Positions 37,358 to 49,956 of a stretch of DNA of 64,000 nucleotides are shown here, piece by piece. Made by a program: the position numbers and the translations under genes. The notes under the pieces were generated by a model, which was not told where the DNA came from, did not search any database, and worked only from the letters and a program-made list of their open reading frames with translations. The DNA comes from Hypanus sabinus (Eukaryota), in the NCBI RefSeq assembly GCF_030144855.1, contig NC_082707.1, forward strand, positions 39,432,001 to 39,496,000, read 5' to 3'. Positions within the stretch are counted from its first letter, which is position 1; each line of letters opens with the position of its first letter.

Positions 37358-40300
37358 GTAAGTACAAAATGGAAGCTAATTTTAAATAGATCTTTCAGTT
37401 AAAAACATTTTCCACATTTATGTGTTCAAATTCATGGTTACTTAAAGCTAACTCTGCTAAAATCTATTTTGGGAAAATTACAAGTACTTAATGGGATAAT
37501 ATTGAATGACTATTGAACATGTTCAGTTTCTCAGTTGAGTTGGTGACCACAAGATGGATAAACTTTGGATTAGACATTTTTTTTAAAGCAAATAATGATA
37601 ATGCAAGTAAAAAAAATAGTAATATTTTCAGAGGTAAACAAATTGTCTAATTTGTTCATTATACTTGACGCAAATACCACTATACTAGGTTTTTTTTTAC
37701 CAAAATTGAGACTAAAATGTTGGCATGTACCTATGCAAACAAAGCAAATTGCTGTTCCTAAATTAAACTATTTAATGAACAGCAAGGTGTCTGAATCAGG
37801 AAGTGTTTATTTTAAAATATGAAAAGAGGAAAGGGCATTTTCATATGATTCTTTGCATATATTTCCATATTTTTTATGGCAGTTGCTTAGCTAATTTTCA
37901 TATATTGAGTGCACCAACTCTAATCCAATTTATCTGTTTTTCTGTACATCAATTTTGATGCAGGTTGACATTTGAAGTACAGTCAAAGATATGCAATTGA
38001 CTGGATTACTGCTGTCTTCATATTCCTCCTTGCCCCACCCTCACTCCCATTCCCATCAAGCTCTCTAATGTATTGGTAGGCTTTAGACTAGTTCATGAAA
38101 TTATTAGCTATCTATAAGTTCAAGTTTAATTGTCATTCAAACATACATGGATACCTGTGAATACAGCCAAATGAAACATTGTTTTGCTGGAGCCAGGCTG
38201 CAAAATCCAGTATCAAAGTGCATTTAATATCAGAGAGTGTGTATCCAGTATACAATCTGAAATTCGTCCCTTTCAGAGACATCCACAAAAACAAAGAAAC
38301 CCCATAGAACAATGTGTAAGTAGCAGCAAAAAGCATTGACACCCCCCCCCCACTGACCCCCTCCCCCAGTATGCAAGCTCAGCAAAAGCACCAAGAGTCC
38401 ATCAAACCACAGTCCACAAACCAGCATTTCGGTATCTCAAGACAGGCTCTTGCTCTCCAGCCAGGGAGAGAAAGAGGTCACTCCTGCAACGAGAGTAGAG
38501 ACTGGCAACTCACTGTTCTGCTAATTACAATCTTCCCTGTCGCCTCTCCAAGCCCCCTGAAATGAGGACTGGCAGAGGAGAGGGAGGGGGATTGCTCAAG
38601 TACAGGGGCCTTCTGAAAGCAGCTGGTGATTAGCAAACACGTCGCCTGCTGTCTTGGTGTTCCACTCCTGATGTTTCAGTCTCCACAACGGTGCATATTG
38701 CATATCTTTGAATGTAGTTCAAATGTCAATCTGCATCAAAATTTATGTACAGAAAAAAAGATAACTGTGTCACCTATGGGCTGCTCCCTGACTTCTGATC
38801 TCCCAGCCCCCACGGGTGCACGTCTTCCTGGCTATTCCTGGAGATAGTGAAGTGCTAGGCCACACAGTCGGTCTGAAAATTCACCGTTGGCGAAGAACCG
38901 TAGTTTGAACTGTAGATCACGGACTCCGTCAGAACCACAACCACCAAAAGAAAAGAATGACAGAAGAGAAATAAGCTGTTTTGTAGAGGAACTGGAAAAT
39001 GTCCCTGGGTTTGCAAAATCCCATGGCACAATCTCTCCTTGCTCCTCCACACAGCACAAGGCACATGTATCAGTAAAATACAATTACATAAAAAATATAG
39101 TCCAAGACCTTGGGTACATGAATTTCGCAGAAATCTGCAGTTGAACAGAATACGGTTTGTCTTCTGCCGAGCTAACACCTGGGAGGCAGCATTGACTCCG
39201 ATACTTCTGTCCTGGGCTGCTGTAACCAGGTAACACCGTGCTTGAGGCCTAGTCCTTGCTCAACCAAGGCCTCGCAGCTCCCTCACCATCCACCAACAAA
39301 TGGGTGAATTGGATTTGCAGCAATCCACATTAACAATGTCCAACAGCATCTAGTGATCACAAGAAAAGCAACTAGAGAGAATCACTTGCTGTTGGACTGT
39401 ACACTGCCTCCACGCACTGACTCCTCCAACGCACTTCTGATGTAAGTAGCAGCATGATCCACACCAAGTCCAGCTCTTTCAGTTTTTCTGCAAATGAGCA
39501 ACTCGCTGATGGGGTAGACCTGCAGTACTCTTGAGTTCTTAATGTCCAGCATGGTCTTGCGATCATTTAAAAAAACTGTTTAAAAAGGACAGTGACACCC
39601 TTGGTTGACCTTCAGAAGCCACTATGGTCAAACACACTGCCATCTCACCCGAAGATAACTTGCTGTTCAATAGCATTGCCATTACAAAGTTCTCTTGGGA
39701 TCAATGAATAACATCACATGGATTTAAGTCAGAAGCTAGATATCTTGTGACAAGTAGCATGTTTCATGTCAGCCCTAGTCTTCACACAATCTGGAAGACA
39801 TGTAAACAGTGTGGTGGAATATTATCTACCTGCTTGGATGAGTGCGTGTCCAGCTAGTGCCGATGAAACTTGACATAATTCAGAATAATGTAGCCCATCC
39901 ACTCTTAGCAACAAAAAACAAGTTTGTATTTCGTATGGAAATGCACTACAAAGTTTCGTGAGTTAGAATGATTGTACCACTCAAACCAAAAAGGATGAGC
40001 GCAACATTCACAGGTAAACACTTATCAACTGTAGGTTCCCTTAAATTGGTTCACTTTAAAATTGGACCTTAATGTCACCGAGTCTAAATCTTGCACTTCT
40101 CAACCAAATAGTATGTTATCATCAACAGAACTATGGCAGCTCCAGAAGATGACACACTAGCACATTAACAATTAAGGATGACAAAAATTGCCAGCAATAC
40201 CCATATCCCAAAAAGTAGATTTACAATTTAAAATTGGCTGCATAACATCTTGAGTGCTCAATCTGTTCTATTGGCATTTGAGTCAAGGAGCAGAAATGGG

Positions 40301-40545
40301 TGGGAACGGTGTCTTACATTTGCCACACTATTACACCCTGATGAGGATCATTAACCTATAATCTCTGTAGCATTCTGCACAAATGCTGCTCCACCTTACC
40401 TACTGAATATTATTTGCATCTTTAATTCTGTATTTCAGATTTTAAGCATTTTTTCCTTTAAATTTGTTTAATTGTTGCATGACTTAATAAAGATGTGACA
40501 GTTGAAGGTAGATAATATGAATTGATTTGTAATCTTATTTTTCAG

Positions 40546-40581
40546 GTGGTCAACCAATTCTGATACTGTGACAGTTGACCA
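40546..40581 (+). CDS. FYTTD1: FYTTD1 36-nt microexon (putative exon 7)
   Basis: ttttcag|G TGG TCA...GAC CA|gtaagt; WSTNSDTVTVD; symmetric phase 2-2, open frame, consensus splice sites. Confidence 0.7.
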
Positions 40582-41288
40582 GTAAGTACTTAAACTGTTA
40601 AGATTATTGAACACTACACCAAAATTTGCTGAGTATCTCAATTATTGACAGGAGTGCAAGAGAATTAATCATCAAGGGATATATGGAACAGTGTATTTCG
40701 CAGCACCAGTACGAGTGCCATTTGAATATAATGTAACCAATTTAAGAATGAAGGGGTTGGTACAACTGAAATCTGCCAAACTCAAATCACATCTGTTCAA
40801 TTGTTTTAGTTAGAGTAGGTGTTAGAAGTTCTGGCAGGTGAAATATTTCATATTTATATACAAAATGATAATTCATGAAACCATGTGAGAAAATGATGAG
40901 AAATAGTGTGTTGGGTTAACTTCCATGTTGTAATGCAAAAATATAATGCTGCTGTTTGAAAGTCAAATCTGGTTTGTGTAGCTGAGTTAACCAGTCCCAA
41001 GTGTGAGATTTTCTTTTTATAAAACCAACCCACAGGAATGTCATTGTGGACATTATCTCACCTTGAAAATCAGTGGATCTGAGTATCTGGGCATCTGACT
41101 GTTTATTCATAGCCAATTAATGATGCCAAGCACAAAACTGACTTGTCAGAGGAAGAAGATTTGCATGCAAGTTGATTGTGCAGTGAAGATGATTCACTTA
41201 TTAGAATTCAAGAAAATAATTAATTTGTTAATCTTGATCATTTATTTTAAAGCACAACTGACTCATGTTTAAATTGTTCTGTTTTCAG

Positions 41289-41360
41289 AAGTCGCATTCC
41301 TAGTACCAGCAGGGGTGTTTTGACTGTGTCCATTCAGAACCCATCTGCCAAAAATACTGA
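41289..41360 (+). CDS. FYTTD1: FYTTD1 exon 8
   Basis: ttcag|A..., SRGVLTVSIQNP (human GGILTVSIDNP), GA|gtatgt. Confidence 0.92.
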
Positions 41361-41609
41361 GTATGTCTTATTTTTAAATCATTATTTTGTCAATTTAAGC
41401 ACCCTTATTGTATTTGCCTTTCAATTAAGTTCTCTTTGCATTGGGGTAGGAGTTTAGTGTTTTGGCCTATTTGCTAAATATTTAAAAGATGAACTGCTTT
41501 CATCTCTGCTCCCTCTAATTTTCTCATGTCCTGATACGTCACTGTGGAAGACACTAGCAGTATGTCTGATGTAGTGTGTGAAAGAAGAGAAGTGGATGCA
41601 GTTACTGTT

Positions 41610-43786
41610 ACCATATAACCATAAAACAATCACAGCACGGAAACAGGCCATCTCGGCCCTCCTAGTCCGTGCCGAACTCTTAATCTCACCTAGTCCCACC
41701 TACCCGCACTCAGCTCATAACCCTCCACTCCTTTCCTGTCCATATACCTATACAATTTTACCTTAAATGACACAACTGAACTGTCCTCTACTACTTCTAC
41801 AGGAAGCTCATTCCCCACAGCTATCACTCTCTGAGTAAAGAAATACCCCCTCGTGTTTCCCTTAAACTTCTGCCCCCTAACTCTCAAATCATGTCCTCTT
41901 GTTTGAATCTCCCCTACTCTCAATGGAAACAGCCTATTCACGTCAACTCTATCTATCTATCTATCCCCCCTCAACCTTCTACGCTCTAATGAATAGAGAC
42001 CTAACTTGTTCAACCTTTCTCTGTAACTTAAGTGCTGAAACCCAGGTAACATCCTAATAAATCGTCTCTGCACTCTCTCTAATTTATTGATATCTTTCCT
42101 ATAATTCGGTGACCAGAACTGCACACAATATTCTAAATTTGGCCTTACCAATGCCTTGTACAATTTTAACATTACATTCCAACTTCTGTACTCAATGCTT
42201 TGATTTATAAAGGCCAGCGTTCCAAAAGCCTTCTTCACCACCCTATCTACAGGAGACTCCACCTTCAGGGAACTATGCACTGTTATTCCTAGATCTCTCT
42301 GTTCCTCTTCATTCCTCAATGCCCTACCATTTACCCTGTATGCTCTATTTGGATTATTCCTGCCAAAATGTAGAACCTCACACTTCTCAGCATTAAACTC
42401 CATCTGCCAACGTTCAGCCCATTCTTCTAACCGGCATAAATCTCCCTGCAAGCTTTGAAAACCCACCTCATTATCCACAACACCTCCTACCTTAGTATCA
42501 TTGGCATACTTACTAATCCAATTTACCACCCCATCATCCAGATCATTTATGTATATTACAAACAACATTGGGCCCAAAACAGATCCCTGAGGCACCCCGC
42601 TAGTCACCGGCCTCCATCCCGATAAACAATTATCCACCACTACTCTCTGGCATCTCCCATCTAGCCACTGTTGAATCCATTTTATTACTCTACCATTAAT
42701 ACCTAACGACTGAACCTTCTTAACTAACCTTCCATGTGGAACTTTGTCAAAGGCTTTGCTGAAGTCCATATAGACTACATCCACTGCCTTACCCTCGTCA
42801 ACATTCCTCGTAACTTCTTCAAAAAATTCAATAAGGTTTGTCAAACATGACCTACCACGCACAAATCCATGCTGGCTACTCCTAATCAGATCCTGTCTAT
42901 CCAGATAATTATTAATACTATCTCTAAGAATACTTTCCATTAATTTACCCACCACTGATGTCAAACTGACAGGTCTATAATTGCTAGGCTTACTTCTAGA
43001 ACCCTTTTTAAACAATGGAACCACATGAGCAATACGCCAATCCTCCAGCACAATCCCCGTTTCTAATGACATCTTAAAGATCTCCGTCAGAGCTCCTGCT
43101 ATTTCTACACAAACTTCCCTCAAGGTCCTGGGGAATATCCTGTCAGGACCCGGAGATATATCCACTTTTAAATTTCTTAAAAGTGCCAGTACTTCCACCT
43201 CTTTAATTGTCATAGGTTCCATAACTTCCTTACTTGTTTCCCACACCTTACACAATTCAATATCCTTCTCCTTAGTGAATACCGAAGAGAAGAAATCATT
43301 CAAAATCTCTCTCATCTCCCTCGGCTCCACACATAGCTGACCACTCTGATTCTCTAAGGGGCCAATTTTATCCCTCACTATCCTCTTGCTTTTAATATAA
43401 CTGTAGAAACCTTTCGGATTTACTTTCACCTTATTTGCCAAACCAACCTCGTATCTTCTTTTAGCTTTTCTAATCTCTTTCTTAAGATTCCTTTTACATT
43501 CTTTATATTCCTCGAGCAATTCCTTTACTCCATGCTGCCTATAAATATTGTAGACATCCCTCTTTTTCCGAACCAAATTTCTAATATCCCTTGAAAACCA
43601 TGGTGCTTTCAAACCTTTAACCTTTCCTTTCAACCTAACAGGAACATAAAGATTCTGTACCCTCATAATTTCACCCTTAAATGACCTCCATTTCTCTATT
43701 ACATCCTTCCCATAAAACAACTTGACCCAATCCACTCTCTCTAAATCCCTTCGCATCTCCTCAAAGTTAGCCTTTCTCCAATCAAA
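41610..43786 (-). mobile_element. Young CR1 LINE, 5'-truncated, with an uninterrupted RT domain (599-aa ORF)
   Basis: NYRPVSLTS, DFSKAFDKVPH, GVPQGSVLGP, catalytic motif reads YAND instead of YADD; (TATATGGT) tail at ~41610-41625. Confidence 0.96.
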
Positions 43787-43790
43787 AGAG

Positions 43791-44700
43791 AATTACAAGA
43801 GAGAAGATGCTACAAAAAGCTGAAAGACCTAAAGGTACATAAGTCACCTGGACCAGATGAACTGCACAATAGGGTTCTGAAAGTGGTAACATCATAGATT
43901 GTGGTGGCATTAGAAATGATCTTTCAAAAATCATTGGACTCTGGCATGGTGCCACAGGACTGGAAAATTGCAAATGTAACTCCACTCTTTAAGAAAGGAG
44001 GAAGGCAGCAGAAGGGAAATAATAGGCTAGTTAGCATTTGGTTGAGTCAGTGGGGAGGAAGGCAAATGCCAAGTTAGCATTCATTTCAAGAGGTCTAGAA
44101 TACAAGAGCTTTATAAGGCACTGGTGAGGCCTCACCTTGAGTATTGTGAACAGTTTTGGGCCCTCATCTTAGAAAAGATGTTCTGGCATTGGAGAGAGTC
44201 CCGAGGAGGTTCACAAGGATGATTCCAGGAATGCAAGGGTTATCATATGAGGAATGTTTGATGGCTGTGGGTCTGTACTCACTGGAATTAAGAAGGATGA
44301 GGGGGGATCTCACTGAAACCTTTCGAATGTTGAAAGGCCTAGACAGAGTAGATATAGTGAGGATGTTTCCCATGGTTGGAGAGTCTAGGACAAGAGGACA
44401 CAGCCTCAGGATAGAAGGGTGCCCTTTCAAAACAGAGGTGCAGAGAAATTTCTTTAGCCGAATGGTGGTGAATTTGAGGAATTTGTTGCCACATGCATCT
44501 GTGAAGGTCAGGTCATTGGTTGTAGTTAAGGCAGAGATTGATAGTCTTTTGATTGGACATGGCATCAAAGGTTATGGGGAGAAGGCTAGGAGTTGGGGTT
44601 GAGGAGGAGATACAAAAAAGGATCAGCCATGATTGAATGGAGTAACAGACTTGATGGGCCAAATGGCCTAATTCTGCTCCTATGTCTTATGGCCTATGTT
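43791..44700 (+). mobile_element. Older CR1 (starts ~41535, split by the young CR1; internal deletion near 44035)
   Basis: TVEDTSS..EVDAVT (41543-41606) continues as ITREK..KSPGPDELH at 43791; C-terminal ORF 44156-44602. Confidence 0.85.
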
Positions 44701-44999
44701 CCTTTTGGCCTGTGTGCAGCCTCCAATTCCTCTATGCCCTTTACAGCTGGGCCTTAGGGTACCAAGTTCACAAACTAACCATACTTTCAATCTCTGTCTT
44801 TCTAATTCAATTTGCTTCTGTCCCTAAAACCCACATGTTGCCTCCTCTCCAATCCCAAAATATTGTACTTTAGTAGGACATATTTTTCTAATTATAAATG
44901 GGGTGTTTTCAGTTCTTTAAGGTTCTTGAGAACAGTTATAATTTCATATGTTTTGTGGTATTCATTAATAAAGACTTAGACATCTGGGGAAAGGATTGA

Positions 45000-45662
45000 A
45001 TCAAGGTGGTGGGCCCCAGGCCTGAGAACGAGGAACGAGCCAATGTTTGCCCACTGCTGGAACAAATGGAGCCAATTCAAAGCAGCAGAACTGAAGCAAG
45101 GCAGAGTTGAGGTGGTGGGTCCCAGGCACGAGAGCGAGGAACAAGCCAGTGTTTGACCAATTTAAGTGCTGGTCCAGATAGGAGAGATCTGGTACGGGCC
45201 GAATAGAGGCGGTTGGGCTCACACTCGGAGAGTGTATAGAAATAGTTGCACTCGGGTCCGGGAGCAAGGACTGACCCGCTGTTTAGCTGATTTAAGCACT
45301 GGGACAGATTGGAAAAAGTCAGGGTCTCGGGGCCCGAGGCGAGGGAGGAACAGGCAGTATTCAGCTTGCTGCTTGCGAGGTTTTTATCTCTGCACTGAAC
45401 TGAAGCAATGGACTGCAATTAATGGGCTCATGGATCGGCAGTGCTGGCTTTCTGGCTCTGAACTTACTTTTGTGAACTTCAGTTCTGAATGTTATTTATT
45501 TAATTTTACTGCTTGTACAATTTTTTTTCCCTGTACATTGGGTGTTTAATGGTCTTTCTTTAAATGGGTTCTGTTGGGTTTCTTTGTTTTGTAGCTGCCT
45601 GTCATGAGATGAATCTCAATATTGTATATAGTATTTATTGATAATAAATGTTCTTCGAACTT
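45000..45662 (+). mobile_element. Non-coding retroposon with internal tandem repeats and a Rex-Babar-type tail
   Basis: Repeated GAGAGCGAGGAAC..GTGTTTG..ATTTAAG units; tail ATGAATCTCAA...ATAATAAATG..GAACTTT; related minus-strand copy at 17128-17500. Confidence 0.55.
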
Positions 45663-45879
45663 TTAAAGGCTAATAACATTATGCTGGATCTTGGGAGACT
45701 AGTTTGAGAGCAGCTATTATTTGGCAAGTCCACATATAGCAGCTATTTAAAAGCCAGCTGGTCAAAATTCAGGTCTAACATTTGTCTTCCTCGTAGGGAG
45801 ACAGCAATGGCAAGGTTTGGGAACTTTGGATGTTGAGATGTTGCAAACTTGGTACATATAAGGTTTACCAAGCTGAGTT

Positions 45880-46575
45880 CAAACAGAATATTTGAGGAAT
45901 AAAAAGGAAATAGGAAAGCACCTAAAATAGGAATCAGGAGGGTCTAAGGAGCCATAAAATCTTTGAATAGAATTAGAGAATCCCAGAGTTCATATACACT
46001 AAAAACGAGGTAATTGGGGAAGGGATATGACCACTTATAGACAAAGGAGGGAAATTATTCATGGAGTCAACAAAAATGTGTGAGGTACTAAATGACTAGT
46101 TTTTTTTTTATTTAGAGAGGGTGAACAACAGGTTTACCAGGATTTTGTCTGGATTAGAGAGTATGAGCTCTCAGGAGAGATTGGATAAACTTGGTTTGTT
46201 CTGGAGCTTTGGAGACTGAAAGGGTGATCTGATAGAAATGTATAAAAATTATAGAGCCATAGAGTAGATAATAGAATCTTTCTCCCAGGGTGGAAATGTC
46301 AAATAGCAGACAACATGGCTCTTAGAGATGCAGAATGTTTAAAGGAAATTTACAAGGCAAGTGTTTTATGTTTGTGTTTGTAGATTGGTAGATGCCTGGG
46401 AAAACTTGGGGGAAGTAGTGGAACCAGAAACGACAGCAGTGTTAACACGCATATTGACAGACCTGAGAATGGAAAAATATGGACCACATGCAAGCAGATA
46501 GAATTAATTTTGGATTTAGATCTTGGTCTAAACAGACATTATGTGCCAAAGGTCCTTTTTTGTGTGGTACTGTTT
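45880..46575 (+). mobile_element. Old CR1 fragments
   Basis: Degenerate ORF2 pieces and CR1 tail. Confidence 0.65.
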
Positions 46576-46648
46576 TGTGGTAAATTTATGTTGTCTTTGC
46601 TTAAAAGGAGGAGACATACTTTCTTCTTAATCACTTCTTCTAATCTAG

Positions 46649-46775
46649 TTCCCAGCAGTTCCGAGTCAGACACCCCTCTTTGATTCCATTTGCAATAAAA
46701 AAGGATCCGACTGAAAAGAAAGAACCACCAAAAGGAGTGCAACTGGAATTTGATATCAACAGTGTTGGAAAACAG
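46649..46775 (+). CDS. FYTTD1: FYTTD1 exon 9
   Basis: tctag|T..., PPKGVQLEFDINSVGKQ|gtaaa. Confidence 0.93.
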
Positions 46776-47409
46776 GTAAATGTATACCAATGATTGGTTA
46801 GGTTAGCATTCCTTTTTGTGCATAATTTCATGTGTGCCTGCTTCCCTTTGGATAGCAGCCTCAGTGGAGAATATTGTTTCAGTGCTCTGTAAGCATGCAT
46901 GTGAGCATTGAAGTTTCCATTTTCAAATCAATATGGGAATTTGTTCAAAGTGGAGGCCAAGTGTTTCCATGCAAAATATATTGAAACCTTTTCCTATGAC
47001 TTTATTTTTAACTAGTTAAGTTGTTCACTACTGGTTGAGTGCCCCTAGTCTGAAATTTCAAAATTCGAAAACCTTGAAAATCGGAAATTTTTTTCAGTGC
47101 TGACATGACATCACAAGTAGAAGACTTCCACAAGGGACTGAGAAGGTTGGCAGGCCACTTACAGGTTTCTGCGCAGTACACACAGTTCTGAGAAGTGGTC
47201 TCGTGCAATAAACAGAAGTTAATGAAAAATAGGAAAACTGCATAAAGCGAAAAATAAAGATTTTGATCATGTATTGGTGTAGGAATGAACATATACCACT
47301 TAACAGTATGCTGATCATGAAACAAGCAAAGATCTATCATGACAAACTGAAAATTGAAGGTAATAGTAAATATTCAACAGACTGGTTGCAAAAGTTTGAG
47401 AAAAGGTAC

Positions 47410-47624
47410 TGTAGCGGTGTGCTACACGCAGCGCTAAAATTACGACACGGAGTCGGTAACTGCAGTCGAAGGAAAAAACTTTATTCGAAAACTTCAGCCT
47501 CACCTTTAAGCCTCTGTCAACCGGCCCCCCATGGCCCAGAGGCTCCAAAGCTCTGTGCTCGCAAACCCCCGTAGGCTATCTAATTGTGAGTCGGTTCGGA
47601 TACGCTAGGAAATGGGTCGCCACA
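47410..47624 (-). mobile_element. Gypsy solo LTR with 4-bp TSD GTAC
   Basis: Reverse complement of 8042-8257 with scattered differences; GTAC at 47406-47409 and 47625-47628. Confidence 0.95.
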
Positions 47625-47887
47625 GTACGACAATAAATTTTCAAAGCATCTGCTGATCACAAAAAATTAACACCATAACAAGTTTACGAGGCTGATTGCT
47701 TTTATACCTTGCCTTAAAAAAAGTAAAATGTAAATAGCATTTTAATCAAAAAACGGCATTGTAGGGGGAGACGGAAAGCTTCACAATGCTGCTTTTGTTA
47801 CCCTGCATATATTATATTTTTACTGTATTAATGGTATGTAATAATTTTTACTAGTAAGTACTTGTGTAATGAACAAGTGTAAGATAA

Positions 47888-48077
47888 AGCAACACACACA
47901 GTGCTGGAGGAACTCAGCAGGCCAGGCAGCATCTAAGGGGAAACAAGTACTGTCGGCATTTTGGGCCGAGACCTGGAACGTCGACTCTACTTCCATAGAT
48001 GCTGCCTGGCCTGCTGAGTTCCTCCAGCATTTTGTGTGTGTTGCTTGTATTTCCAGCATCTGCAAATTTTCTCTTGT
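47888..48077. repeat. Pair of Penelope-like terminal repeats forming an inverted repeat
   Basis: AGCAACACACACAGTGCTGGAGGAACTCAGCAGGCCAGGCAGCATCTA (47888-47935) pairs with 47997-48045. Confidence 0.85.
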
Positions 48078-49441
48078 AAGTGTAGGGAAAGGGCTGCCTA
48101 CTGGTTGTACTGGTAAATTTAGAATCAGAAATGATAGTGATCCTAGACTATCTCATTATATACTCATTTTATATTCTGAAATCTTTCTGGTCCCAAGCAT
48201 TTTGGATAAGGGGTACTCAACCTGTAACTTGACATTGGGATTCTGCCACACCAAACTGGGAGAGCTGTGATCCCAAGTTATAAACTCTCATGCTGCTGTT
48301 GGTCACCTATTAAGTTCGGAATGCCTTTTTTAGTTACACAGGGTGACTTAAGACACTAACATTAGATAACTTCTGACTTATTTGAACTGTGCATTCTCTT
48401 TCACATGAATCTTTATAAACCTTTGGAAGCAGACTTGCAAAATTCTTTGGTGAGATGACCCAGATAATAAGCTAGTTTAGTTCACAATGCAGTTAATATG
48501 TGGAGTTTAGTTCCATCTAAGCTGTCAAGCAAGTCAGTGTATTAGCTCATTGTGGGCAGCAGAACAGACCTACTGCAGCCTCTGGAGTGTTCTCAGTGGG
48601 TTTGTCTGCTCACTCCTTATGGCTTTCAGGCACTTGTGTAGAGTGAGTGACCGCACAAATAGTTTTTTTTATTATCCATTTTCATAGCTGTAACTTTTTA
48701 ATATAAAGTTCTTTTACTTCAAAATCAAAACTGCACATGTTAGAAATCTAAACAAGATCAGAAACAAGTCTTTGGTTTGGAATGTTAACCGTGTTTCAGT
48801 CAGTGGTTGTTACTGCCTGATCTTCAGCATTTTCTAATTTGTTTTTTCCCCACTTAGCTGTTTCAAATAAAAATCACATTTCCATTTACATCCTTTAAGC
48901 TATTGTTCAGTAAAAGCACTAATTCGAATGCTCATTGAGCATATTTTCTGGGTCTTTGTACTTGTATTAAAAAAATGCACTTAAATATTATGAAACTATA
49001 ACCCTTTTCTTCACTGCTGTTTTTCATACTTCATTGATTTCCCAGCCTTTCACATCGTTTTCATCTTCTTTTTAAAGCTACCAAGGTTTCTGTTCTTCAT
49101 TCAGCCTAAGAAGTTGAGCCCTGATCCAAATGCACAAAAGCAAACTTTACCCAAAAGTATATTGATCCTTCCTCTCTCCTGTTGTGTAATTCATTTGTCT
49201 TGCAGAAGTCCTTCCCCAGAATTGGCCTCATTTTAATCAGAATATTAAAGTCCTTCCTTCTTCCCTCTCTGCCCAAGCATTCAACTGCACTTTAACCAAA
49301 ACAAAGCAGCATTCTCAGGAAGACAGTAAGAATAACAAAACCTCAGATTTATGTCTTTTGCCTTTGAGGTTGACAGTCAAAAATTTGTTAGCAATCTTGT
49401 TTGAGGAATGTCACGGTAACATTTTTCATTCTTTCCTTTAG

Positions 49442-49537
49442 ACTGGTATCACCTTAAATGAGCGATTTGCGATTTTGAAGGAACGGCGAATAGCAGTGGC
49501 ATCAAGCAAAGGAGAACGATTTGTGACTGTGGGATAA
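49442..49537 (+). CDS. FYTTD1: FYTTD1 last coding exon
   Basis: tttag|[16 protein letters not shown]...RFVTVG-TAA (human TGMTLNERFGILKEQR...RFVTVG). Confidence 0.95.
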   Translation, partial: TGITLNERFAILKERRIAVASSKGERFVTVG

Positions 49538-49897
49538 ATGAGATAACTGGCATTTGATCTGGCAGAACTCTTGGGAGCTTGTTCCCATGCACTCTGAAGT
49601 GATTTAATGTCAAAAACAGACATTATGCAGATGGATCTTGTTGACTGTACTTTGAAGCCAATTTTACAATGACATAAGAAGAAATGATATTTGGATTACT
49701 TGTTTAAACTTTGTTTTTGTCTGAGGAACAGTAGATGAAGATGGAATTGAACAATATTTGAATTATCACATTGCAAATATGAAATTTTGTTACTTTCAAG
49801 AAACACTTCATTAGCTAAAAATGTAAATTCAGTACACTTTCCCCAGAATTTAGTATTTTTGGAAACTTGTTGAAACCTTGACTAATTTTTTTTTAAC

Positions 49898-49903
49898 ATT
49901 AAA
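49898..49903 (+). terminator. Candidate FYTTD1 polyadenylation signal ATTAAA
   Basis: ATTAAA variant signal ~360 nt after the stop, followed by T-rich sequence. Confidence 0.4.
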
Positions 49904-49956
49904 GTTTAGCAATTTAACCGTTTTCCAAAGTAATTGTTTATTGAATAGCTTTTCTG

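Larger units (their letters stand above)
47031..48224 (+). mobile_element. Tigger/pogo DNA transposon (Tigger4-like TIRs), internally deleted, with two nested insertions
   Basis: TA|CTGGTTGAGTGCCCCT ... AGGGGTACTCAACCTG|TA; CENP-B-type HTH remnant IPLNSMLIMKQAK..STDWLQKFEKRY. Confidence 0.88.

Noticed and set aside
41957-43756. Active or domesticated reverse transcriptase gene
   Set aside because: 5'-truncated, no endonuclease or promoter, YADD changed to YAND, C-terminal stop.
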